Shown here one piece after another: positions 23,611 through 35,364 of a DNA stretch of 64,000 nucleotides. Each line of letters opens with the position of its first letter. The first letter of the stretch is position 1. The stretch comes from Camelus dromedarius. Its lineage: Eukaryota. The DNA lies in contig NC_087447.1 in the NCBI RefSeq assembly GCF_036321535.1, positions 33,668,001 through 33,732,000 of the forward strand, in the 5' to 3' direction. Both the position numbers and the translations under genes were made by a program. Below the pieces are notes generated by a model. It was not told where the DNA came from, did no database searches, and saw only the letters and a list, made by a program, of their open reading frames with translations.

Positions 23611-26600
23611 TTTAAAAAATAAGGGGAAGAGAGAAAATAGCGACAAAGACAACTCTTCTTGAGTGGTCTCAACGCAAAGGGAAAGCTTAAAATGTGACAA
23701 CAGCAGGAAGGAGTTGAAAGGGTTTTTTTTTTTTTTTTAACATAGGAGAAGCAATAGCCTATCTGTATGTTGATCACAGAGCAGTAGAGAGAAGACCTGA
23801 GGACACAGGGGAGACAAAAAGCAGTGTCTAAACAACTGAGTAAGTGGGGTGGGGGACACAGGGAGAGGGGCCGCCCTGGGCCAGAAGTTGCAGAAGTTCT
23901 CTGAGGGGAAGGCAGTACATGGGAAGAGATCAAGGTTGGTTGGGGAGTGCGGTGTGGAAACCGGTGGAACTTCTCCTCAGATAGGCTCTATTTTCTTGGT
24001 AAAATAGGAAACAAGGACTTCTGCTGAAAGAATGAGGGAGGAGGTTCTGGAGGTTGGAAGAGAGAAGGTAGAAAGTAGCCACTGAGAAGAGTAGGAGATA
24101 AGTGGACCAGGGAAATAAGGAATGACTTCTGGACACTTGAGATTAGTGGTCACAGACTTAAGCCTAAAGCAATCAGCACTGGTGAGTGTTTTCCTCCAGC
24201 CACACTGAGCTGCACAGGTGCAGTCATGGATTTGGATTTGAAACTGGATTGTGATTTAGCCATGAGTACAGAAAAGTGAAAGAGAGTCAAGGAAGCTGCA
24301 GCTACGTGAAAGGGAGTGTTTATAACGATGGACTGTGGGTTTTAAGCTGGGCAAGTCAGGCGGTGTAAACATGAAGAGGTGAGAGACAGTGAATATGTGG
24401 TATGTGTCAGTGGACTTTGGCCATGATGGAGCTGAAGGATTGCTGATTGAATGGGGATACTAAAAAGTGAGCTGAAAAGGTAGGTAGTCAAAATGATACT
24501 TAATATTGAGATGTAAGCAGGAACTTGAGTTCAGGGTTCTGGTGAGTTCTAGAGGATGACCAGAGGAGTGAGGGGCTGAGATAAGGGGGAGAGCAAGATC
24601 ACTGGATGAGGTCACTGAGCCGGAAGGTCAGGGTATGAAGGATGATCCACATGAGACACTCGACTCACTGGTTAAGCAGGAGCACTGTGGGGCAGTGAGT
24701 TCGGAGTCAAAATCTTCAAGGAATGAGAGGGTGGGGAGATGAGGAGGTAGGATGAGAGGGAAGGTGGTTTTTAAAAGCTCACTGAAGTTACATAACATTA
24801 CAGAAAGTACACCTATTAGAGGAAGAAGTCACTCAATCCAATCACCCCAACAAATTAATTTTTGTCTCTTCTTTCAAAATCCTAGCAAATGTGGGCTTTA
24901 TCTTATAAATAGTGTACCTCCAGTTATCTTGCTTCTTTTAGCTAACATTTTCATAAGAGCTTTTCTATGTTGCCATGAGAACTTCATAATAATTTTTACT
25001 GAATGTATTATATTCCATAGAGTGAATAGAATTTAAATTTCAGCCTCTTTTACTATTTGTTAGACTATCTTCTGTCTTTGTTAGACTGTCAATTACCTTC
25101 ATTTTAAATAACCCAGTGACAGACAATTTATATATATATATTTAGCTATAGTCTAGGTGTAAATGAATGCTTACTGTACCACATCAGCCAAGATGTTGAG
25201 GCAATATACAAAAACTGCTTCTTTTGAAAGCTTTTCTTTTCTCCCAAAACTTTATTAGAAAAGACAAGTGGATTACTAAGACTTTTAAAAAGTACTTTAC
25301 TGACTCATCATTCTGCTTGGAAAACTTTGCCCTAACTTTGTGGCAAGAAGATAGACACAAAATCATTAAAAATACGTAGCCTCCAAAGCAGTACGGCTTT
25401 GCCATCTGGGCAGGGACTTCACATGCCTTCCACAGTGTCTAGTGCTTGAGTACAACAGGAACACTGCATTCTAAGCTAAAACCAAGCAAAGAAGGCATCG
25501 AGGAGCCTCAAGCACACTGACAAGTGTTGATATAAATCGATTTCTTCAAATGTCTCCTAACGTGGGCAGTTCGTTTTGGGCCGAGTCTTCTTAAAAACCC
25601 GTAAGTTAGGTGAATTTCACATAAATCCTTTTTTTAAGACTCATTCATTTTTTAGAAGTCATTAGCTGAGTTGGCTTGTAGCTTGTGGGTGGAGTTCAAC
25701 CATCTCTAACTTTGAAGAGTTGTTTGCCCATTTCTCTGGTCTTATTAAAACTTCCTAAATGAAGCTGATAATCAGCTGTAAAGTTTCAGTCACACTGGAA
25801 TCAGCTTCATGAATGTTAATACCAAAATTTTAAAAGAAATTTAGGGTAAGTCTCGCTCAACCTCTAGGTCTGCGTAAGTGGAGTACCTCCAGCTGCTTAG
25901 CTGCACGTTTTAAGAAACCATCCTTATAACCTAGCGTTCTGTTGTGTATCTTCTCCACCATGGCCATTTAGTGAGTCATATGAAAAAGTATTAACCTATA
26001 GTATCACCCATCTCTGCTTCAATACGATTTTATTTACAAAATGAGCAATGAGGTGGATTTGGCCCCAGGCTGCAGTTCACTAACTCTGTAATAGGCAATA
26101 TTTGGCTTCAGCTATCAAACATACCTTGCCTTTCATAAGGGATCGAAACTCCATGGCAGTACTGCATACTGGATAAATATTTGTGAGATACTTGCTACAC
26201 AGAAAAATCTGAATACCTGGAAGTTTGGGGCCTATTACGGCCCAGCAGCTCATTAAATGGCCAGCACACGCTAAGTGGTGTCTCAGCCTGTTTTAATTTT
26301 TCCTGTTGAAAGCTCTCAGCAGTACCGCCACCCTATTTCCTCCACCTGATAGCCTGACTGATGAGATTAGCAGACGGATCTCAAATGGGTGACTATGCAC
26401 AACATATTTTAAATCTTCCATTTTAAGAAGCGAGAGAGAGAGAGAATGCTGAAAGACACAGGTGGACCAGATGGGTTAATCTAGAGTAAGTGATAAGAAA
26501 GCAAGTAACTCTGTAGGACAAAATTACCTGCCTTCCTCCCCAAACAGGAGTTGTTTCAAAGTTACACGACTGCTCCCTGATTCATTTCAAAGTGGGTTCC

Positions 26601-27614
26601 TAGCAGCTGGGGCTACTTATTGGACCACCTTGTCTGTGCAATACTGTACACTCTCAGTTCTGTGTTCTTAGAACACTCCTTCCAAAATGCTCTGTTTAGA
26701 AAATACTGCTCGACCAAACAGGGATGACCATCATACTTGGATGAACTTCACAAAGTACAGCATTAAAATGTTAGTTTTCACAAAGGAAAATAGGAGAGAA
26801 ATATATTTTCTTATAGAAATAAAATCCTTGGGACAGAGCAAATTGCTATCCATAAACACCCATCTGCCACAGCACAAAAGAACATTGCATTTATCACTGT
26901 CAAGGGCTTTGAAGGACTTATTTTCCGCAGCAGTTTAACGGCCGAAATTCCAATCAAAGAGCTAACATTTGGATTCTCACATTCCATAAAATGTTTAGGT
27001 GCACAAACTAGAATGTTCCAGCCTGGGAGGCTAACTGAAAAGAACAGAGAGCCACTAACAATGGTTGGGCTAGTTACAACCAGGAGAAGAAAATCCAAAG
27101 AGCCACTGGGTGAAAATATCCTGAAAATCAAACAAGAATTTTAAAGAAAAATCATTTTTGAAAAGCACTTAGCTGGTTTTTGTTTACTTTGAAAATTCAT
27201 TAAATCTTCTTAAGGGCTTATTTTTATCACCACACCCTACTCAAATGTATACATGAAACCATTCCAGACAAAAGTTTAAAGCACTCGGAGCTATATTATC
27301 AGCACTACACATTTCCAGCAATGGTCTGAATTCAAATCATGGTGAAAACAAGCCGGCTAGTTTAGCCCAACAGAAACAGGAAGACTTAGACTGAGGTCTG
27401 AGGTACCACCTTTGAAGGGGTTATTCTTCCTATTGCTAGAAGTCCAGTTGTCTAATAAAGACCTGAAGACTTTCTTTTTGATAGTTTTTGCTGTATTAAA
27501 TGTTAATTTCTGCTGTAATTTTCCCACTCACTCATGTATGAGGGTAGCACCTGATGAGGTTGACAATCTCAAACTGATCTAATGCAGATGCATCCTTAGG
27601 AGGCGTCCCTCACT

Positions 27615-27800
27615 GTATGATGATGATGATGATAATATCACCTAACATGTACTGTTGTCTCTGAGCCAGACACTGATCTACGTAGTTGAAATGTATTAGT
27701 GCGTGAAATGGCATATTCACGAGAGAGAGAGAAAGAAGTTAAGGGACCTGACTGAGACAAACGCAGGTAAGAACTGCAGCCAAGACTCGAACTGATCCCA
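27615..27800 (-). mobile_element. MIR SINE with (ATG)n tail
   Basis: tgagccagacactg...agaagttaagggacctg...gcagccaagactcgaac. Confidence 0.55.
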
Positions 27801-27917
27801 TAGCTCACGCTTCTCAACGCTTTGCTATGCTGCCTGTGTATGTCTTGTTTTGAAAAAGAATCAGCTGTTGAACTGAAAAGAAGCATGTGACCCACTTCTT
27901 AAAATCCCTGTTATCTT

Positions 27918-28009
27918 TTTTTTTTTTTATGGAGGTCCTGGGGATTGAGTCCAGGACCTCGCACATGCTCAGCATGCACTCTACCACTGAGCTATATTCA
28001 TCCCCCTCC
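27918..28009 (-). mobile_element. camelid tRNA-derived SINE (vic-1-like)
   Basis: Reverse complement of the 11952 element with a poly(T) tail. 16-bp TSD aaatccctgttatctt (27902-27917) / aaatccctgtgatctt (28010-28025). Confidence 0.92.
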
Positions 28010-28049
28010 AAATCCCTGTGATCTTAAAAATGATTCCTTTGTTAAGACT

Positions 28050-28942
28050 TTAAAAAAAAATGCTTCTGACTTTATTAAAAGGCTTTAATATGTTGAAATC
28101 ATTTTATAATGCTAATAGCTGCTGTACACATTTTATTGGATGTTTTCTGTTCTGTGTTTCAAACTGAGTCAATCACTGTAAGTGACAATTGTATACAGTG
28201 ATATAAGTATATTAACAGTTGCATGTTTTAACTCTGCATACAAATCTAGTTTGAAAAAGGTATTATTAAATAAGTACACATTTATCCCAAACTTTAAAAA
28301 CTGGTATGAAACCTAGGGTAAATGTATTGAAACTACATTTCCTGGGCGACACTAGAAAATTAGATGCTAAAGAATATCTGCAAAGAGAGAAGCAGCTATA
28401 AAGTGAGAGCAGAACTACAGGACAATCAGCCAAGCTGTCTGCAGATGTGACCTGTGTGGTCCCTCTTCCACATTCGAATCCCTTACGCTTGCTCTTTTAA
28501 TGTATCATATCCTGATATTCTAGCAGATACAATTAAAACTACTCTTCAGAAGGGAAATCTGTAATAAAATATGTTAATACCTTGTGTACAGGTACTAGTT
28601 TAGTAAAACTATCCAAATAACTAATTACTTGTATTTAAAATTTATAGTAAGAAACTTATTAAAAACAATAAAAGACTGTCTCTATTCCAAACTTAGGCCA
28701 ATTTAAATGATTTTCAAGGTAAACTTAACAGAGGGGTTACATTTGGTTGAATCTCACTGACCAGACTTCCAGGAATGTGATTATGCAGGTGGAGCTGAAT
28801 TCTATCAGATTCCTACCTACCACGCTTCTCTGGCTTCAAAGGATCCGTCATCCAGGTGCTCCCATAAAACCCCTCCACCCACCCCATACTCATCCCTCCT
28901 CCACAATAAAAACTGCAAATTAGTTGTGCTTTTGTGGCCATT
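28050..28942 (-). other. PRMT3: PRMT3 3'UTR (approx. 0.9 kb; 3' end inferred)
   Basis: AT-rich, repeat-free sequence between the stop codon and a cluster of poly(A) signals. The cleavage site cannot be observed directly. Confidence 0.75.
28071..28137 (-). terminator. PRMT3 polyadenylation signal cluster
   Basis: Minus-strand AATAAA at 28137-28132 and 28076-28071, ATTAAA at 28089-28084, a TGTA (CFIm-type) motif between them, and a T-run just downstream of the distal signal. Confidence 0.75.
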
Positions 28943-29194
<252 letters not shown>

Positions 29195-29394
29195 TTACGT
29201 TTAATTTTTGAACAAAGCAGATCTAACTTGTCCAGCACAGGTGTCAGATGCTTGTAAAAGAGTAAGCAAAACTACAGTGGTCATGCAGCATGGAGGACTA
29301 TTTTATTGGACTCCTGAATATGAGGCTTAATGGTGTGTCCTGGGCAAACAGAAAAAAATAAGACATGGCCCTTGCCCTCAAACAGTTCATGGTC

Positions 29395-32300
29395 AGGGGT
29401 ATATGAAGTCAGAGGTTAAAAGTAAAAGGAAGGAGAAAGATATTCTATATAAACATTAATCATAAAGAGGCTGGAGAGGCTGTACTAATTTCAGACAAAG
29501 TTGACTAAAGGAAAAAATAGAGATAGAGACATTTCAAATTGTTAAGTTGTTCAATTCATAAACAAAACAATAAACTTTTGTGTGCATATAATCAGAGCTT
29601 CAAAATGCATGACACAAACCTGATGGAACCATAGTAAGAAACAGACAAATCCACAATCATCACTGGAAATTTCACCTCTCCTCTGTTGATAATAACAACT
29701 AGACAGAAAATCAGAAAGGATATGGACGACTTGAACGTTGTTAACCAACCTGATCTGGCTGAAATCTACATAGAACCAAGACAGTTCACCGCTGGGTTAT
29801 GAAACAAATCTTAATACATTTAAACATATAAACCTCATACGAAATACATTCTCTGACCAAAACTGAATAAAAATAAAAATCAGTAAAAGAAAGATACTGG
29901 AAAAATCCCCAAATATTGAGGAATTAAACAACAGACTTCTAAATATTCCATAAATCAAAATAAAAATCACAAGGAGAATCAGACAGCATTTTGACTTGAA
30001 TGATAATGAAACATAAAAATAGGTGGCCTATAACTAGAACAGTGTTTAGAGGAAAAATTGATAATTTTAAATGCTACAGTAGAAAACAAAGCAGACAGAC
30101 CCAAAGGTCTTCACTGGAGAATTCTGTAAAATATTTACGAAAAAAATAATATCAAATGTACAAAAAACAAAGGAGGGAATGCTCCCCAACTCATCTTTGG
30201 AGGGCAGCACTATCCTGATACCAAAATAAGATAAATTTATTAGAAAAAAAGAAAGCTACAGATAAATATCCCTCATGAATATAGATTCAAAAATCCTTTG
30301 AACAAAAGAGAAAAATCATGATTGTCTCACAAAATACAGAAAATGCATCTGACAAAATTAATTTATAACAACTTTCAGCAAGCTAGGAATAGAAGATATC
30401 TTCCTCAACCTGATAAAGAAAATCTATGAGAAACTATAGATAATATCATTATTACTGGTAAAGACTGAGTGCTTTCTTCCTAGTATTAGGACTGGGGTTA
30501 AGGATGTCCATTCTAACCACCTCTAATTAGTATTCTATTGGATGTCCAAGTCAAGGCATTAACATGTGGGGGAAGAAAAAAATACAGATTGGGGGGGGGA
30601 AGTAAAACAGTCTTTATTTGCAGACCATATGGTCTTACACATAGAAACTCCTAAAGCAATATGCAAAAAAAAAAAAAAAAAAAAAAAGCTACTAGAACTG
30701 TAAAAAGGTTCAGCAATCTTAGGATGTAAAGTCAGTAATAAAAAATTAATTGCATTTCTATATGTGAGCAATTAAGAAGTAGAAATTGAAATAAAAAATC
30801 ACAATGGTATTTACGCATTTATGCATTGAAAGAGCATATAATATCTGAGATAAATGTAACAACATATATGCAAGATTCAGTCTCATCAAACTATGAAACA
30901 GTGCTAAAGACGATCTAAGTAAATGGGGAGATATGTATGTTGCTTGTGGATGAAAGACTCAATAGTGTTATCATGTCCATTTATCCCTAAGTAATCTATA
31001 AATTCAACACAATCCCAATCAAAATCCTAGCAGGATTTTTTTTTTTTGCAGAAATTAACAAGTTGATTTTGAAATTTATATAGAAATTTAAGGGATCTAG
31101 AATAGTGAAAACAATTTTGAAAAAGAACAAAATAGGAGGACTTATAAAGACAGTGTCTTACTGGCGTAAGGACTGACATACAAATCAATGGAAGAAAATA
31201 AAGCTCAAACAGAACTATACTTATATGGTCAATTAATTTTTGACAAAGGAGGCAAGGTAATTAAATGAGAAAAGAACAGTCTTTTCAAGAAATGTTGATG
31301 ACCAATAATACACATGTGGGAAAAGATGATTACTCTTAAAATTAACATGAAATAGATTATAGGCTTAGATGTACAGGCAAAACAACATTTTTAGAAGAAT
31401 CATATAAGAAAAACTCTGACATTATGGTAAGCAAAGATTTCTTAATTAGAACACAAAAGCACAAACTTTAAAAGTAGTTAAGAAAATAAAAAGACAAACC
31501 AGGAAGTGGAATAAAAATACCAGCAACACACATATCTGACAATGAACTTGTATCCATATACATAAAGATTTTTACAACTCAATAATAAGATGACAAACCA
31601 ATCAAAAATTGAGCAAAATATTTTAAAAGAAACCTCACCGAGAAGATATACAAATGACCAATAAACATATGAAAAGATGCTCAACGTCATTAGTCATCAG
31701 ACAAACACAAATTAAAAACACAGCTGTTAATACATATACATATAATAGAGTGGCTTAAATTAAAACGACTGCCCCCTTTTTGTAAGTATTGACAAGGATG
31801 TGGAGCAAATGAACCCACAATGGTGGTAGAAATGCTGAATAGTACAGTCATTTTCAAAAAGTTTGCCAGTTTCTTATAAAGTTAAATATATATTTACCAT
31901 AAGACATAATAATTTCACTTCTAGGTATCTATCCGAGAGAAAAGAAAACATTATGTCCACAGAGAAATTTTTACATGAATGTACATAGCAATTTTATCCA
32001 TAATGACCCCCAACTGAAGACAATCCAAAAGTCTACCAGCAAGTGAATGGATATATAAATTATAAGTCCTTACACAAAGGAATACTACTTGGCAATAAAA
32101 AGGAACAAACTACCGATACACAGATGAATTTTAAAAATATGCAAAAAGCAATGAAGCTGGAGTATACTCTGTATAACAACTCTGGTAGAAAATTCTAAAA
32201 GAATACTAATGCATTAGGATTATAATACCTATACAGAGTGACAGAAAGCAGATCATTGGTCCTGGCTCGGGAAGTGAATTTGGGGATGACCAACTCCAGA

Positions 32301-32470
32301 GGGGATGACTGACTGCAGAGGAGACCAACGAGGAATCTTCTTAGAGTAATGTAAATATTCTGTATCTCGATGCATACATTTGTCAAAACTCATTAAAGTG
32401 TACAATTAAAGTGTGTGAAATTTTACTGTATGTAAATTTTTACTGTATGTAAATATAGGATAAAGCTGCT
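29395..32470 (+). mobile_element. old, internally deleted L1 (ORF2 remnants + 3'UTR)
   Basis: A-rich L1 ORF2 text from the endonuclease region through RT (tttgcagaccatatg, a decayed FADD motif region) to the 3'UTR. No long ORF survives. Confidence 0.9.
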
Positions 32471-34884
32471 TAAAAGATGTGGTGGCTTATGAATAAATTC
32501 ATAGATAAATGGAACGAAGCAAAGGAACCAAAAGAACCAAAAGACCCATTATGGAGATTCAGTACATGATAAGCAGGGTCTTTTAAAATACTGAGGAAAG
32601 GAGTCAACAGAAATGTGTAAATACAGCAATACAGTATTTTTTAGTGGCCAAAGTCAGAAACCAAAAGGAAAAGGCTGATGATGTGATTATACAAAAATGA
32701 AAAAATTTTATAAAGCAAGATACTTTAAAGAACCACAAACTACAACAATGTTACTTTCAGTTCTTAGAATAACAAAGATTAAAAAAGTTAATTTTGATTG
32801 ATTCCTTAGGATGGATTATCAGAAGTGGAATACCTTAAAAAAAAAATGGGTGTTATTAGAAACCAAGCAACAACAGAAAAAGAATGCAAGAAAATGATAA
32901 AAACATCTTTGTTATTTAGATAAACAACAACCAGAATCTGATTGCTTTGATTTACATTTCAGTGACTAGCAGTGGTGCTGGGTATCATTTCAAATGTTTA
33001 ACCACCATCTGTAAAGAAATCCTTTGTGCATTTACCTTAGTGATTTTCTTGCTGATGTATATGAAATATTGTTGCAAATATTTCTTTTTGGTGCCTGTGC
33101 CCTAATGGTTGCTCCTCTTTAAGCTGCTTTAGACGTGTTAAAAAAAAAACAAAAACAAACACCAAACGTTAAATTGGTCTGTTTGTAAATGTTCTCCTAT
33201 TCAATCCTTAGTGTAGGGTCACAAAGGAAATGTTCCATGGTGTTTATAAAGCAGGTTGTCAAATTCTGCATTTCAAGTTTAAAGACTACATTAAAGTGTT
33301 CTCTGTATCCCTTGATTTAGAAATACAGCCCAACTGAAGATGAACCAGTAGTGAATAATTCTGTTAAATTTTCACAAAAGAAAAAAATTTAAGCATCAAT
33401 ATTAAATAAAATATCTTTATTAATTAATTAAAAAGTCATCATTGTCTTATAAGCTGATATTATAATTTTGCTGTCTTAAAATGAAATACAAGTAAAACAA
33501 CTATTTCTGTAATAACCTTAATTTCAAAATGGAGATGCAAATAGCACTTATTTAAGTTAATTAAATAGCATGAAAGGTCACAGTAATAAATACATAGTTC
33601 ACACTGCTGCACTCACTTGGATTGTTCAAGCCTGACTGAAGCGCCAAGGCAGCAGCTCCAATACCAGAATAGATCGGAGTAATTAATCAGTGTCAAATAG
33701 ATAAAATGACTGATGTAGTTAAGTGTGTATACTGTGGTGAGAGCTGCAAAGGACACTCTGGAGCTGAGCAGTTATCGCCTTGTTTTTATCACCAGCAGAC
33801 AGCTATTAGTATACCACAAAGCGGTTTGCAGTTCAGTCAAGAACAAAACTGATTTCATTTCAATTCTGTTCTAGCGGTTTTTTAAAATTAATTTCTTCCA
33901 AAGCAATAAAATTTCATTTTCCCAGAAGGGGGAAAGATAAAAAAAAATCATTATTATCACTATTAAAGCTTAGAGTTAAAAAAAAGAAAGAAAAAAAAAA
34001 AAGAAATAGATTCCCCATCACATAAAAGCTTACTAGGAACATATAGAGAAAGATAAATAGCCTAATTGTCATCATATTTTTCAAAGCCAAATCAGAGGAA
34101 AAAGAGCTGGATTTTTAAAACAAATATGGCCACATACATTTGTACAATAAACTTGTCCACTGTTTTTAGCAGAAAAGGAAAAACAAACACTTTGAATTTA
34201 AAATTTAAAGTAAGTGTTTTCTAAATCCTTTAAAAATATTCTATTCTGGGAGGCTGGTCTCTTACTCCTACAATGCTGGAAGTGTTTGAAAGTTTAGTGC
34301 ACTTCTTCTGGAACTGTTACTAAAAACGAACTGGGCTCATCATTTTATAGTTCTCTTGTGCTTTTGGCCATTTGTGAAATTCTTACTCTGTGTATTCTTG
34401 GTCTGCCTACTCACACTGTCTTTCTTGCCTTCTAAGTATCATCTACCCCCAATGGTAGACTTACTACCATTACCAAAAAAAGATTACTAATTCTGAAGAT
34501 ACTCTCAAACACAATCTAGGCAGAATAACTGTATAGGTATGTTTACAGTATTTTACTTGTTAAAAAAAATCTTGTCATATTACTTTCTGGACACTAAAAA
34601 AGCTTTACATACACAGCAAATTGTCCTGATTAGACTCTTGGCTTTACTTAATTTTATGCCTCATTGAGTCAAAAACTACTTTTAGTTAACTGAAGTCAAC
34701 AACAGAGAACAGCTATGCCAAGATAAGTTTGGACACCAACTTGCTCAAGTGCAATGTGAAATTTCTGAGAACACCAGGGTTGATAAAATGGGCCAACCAA
34801 ACACAGCAGCTAGATAAACGTCCTTGGCCTGTGTCACTGATAGTGATGAGAGGAGATCAGACTTCAGTGACAATGCATATTACT

Positions 34885-35360
34885 GTACTTATTCATTTGT
34901 TCAGCAGACTGTTCACAATATGCCAAATACTACATCAGATCAAGAAGAAGTGAGAGAGGCAAATGACTCATCTTCTATTAGTACCCTTTATCACAGCACA
35001 CTGGTATGTTTTGACACAGACGGATGCATGATTGATCCGGAAGGACAAAGAACGGAGCAATTAACTTTCTCAGGAAAATAAGGAAAGATTAACAGAATTA
35101 AGCTGGGTCATAAAGGGAAAAGTAGAATTTATCAAGTGAAAGAGGTTAAACAGTTTTCTAGGGAGAAGAACACCTTAGACAAAGGCAAGGAAGAAGACAG
35201 GAAAGTTAGCTAAAAAAAGAGCAGTACAGCTGTTACATATGACGGGCTTCTGCGGGGTTGTGACAAGGTGGGATCAGAAATGATAAAAAATGGTCAGATT
35301 GTAAAGAACCCTGGTAAGGAATCTGGATTTTATACTGGAGATACTGCCAGTCCAGGGAGG
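34885..35360 (-). mobile_element. L2 fragment
   Basis: attcatttgttcagc tail, then purine-rich L2-like text (taaggaatctggattttatact). Confidence 0.5.
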
Positions 35361-35364
35361 ATTT

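Larger units (their letters stand above)
20215..24760 (-). mobile_element. long L2 LINE, interrupted by Charlie1, an LTR and an L1
   Basis: L2 tail caacagatatttattgag at the left end. Purine-rich L2 body at 20215-20870, 22415-23110 and ~23615-24760. Confidence 0.8.

Noticed and set aside
32419..32454. Short tandem duplications (also ~49052-49079 and ~53681-53715)
   Set aside because: Ordinary slippage duplications in decayed repeats or AT-rich DNA, with no sign of function.
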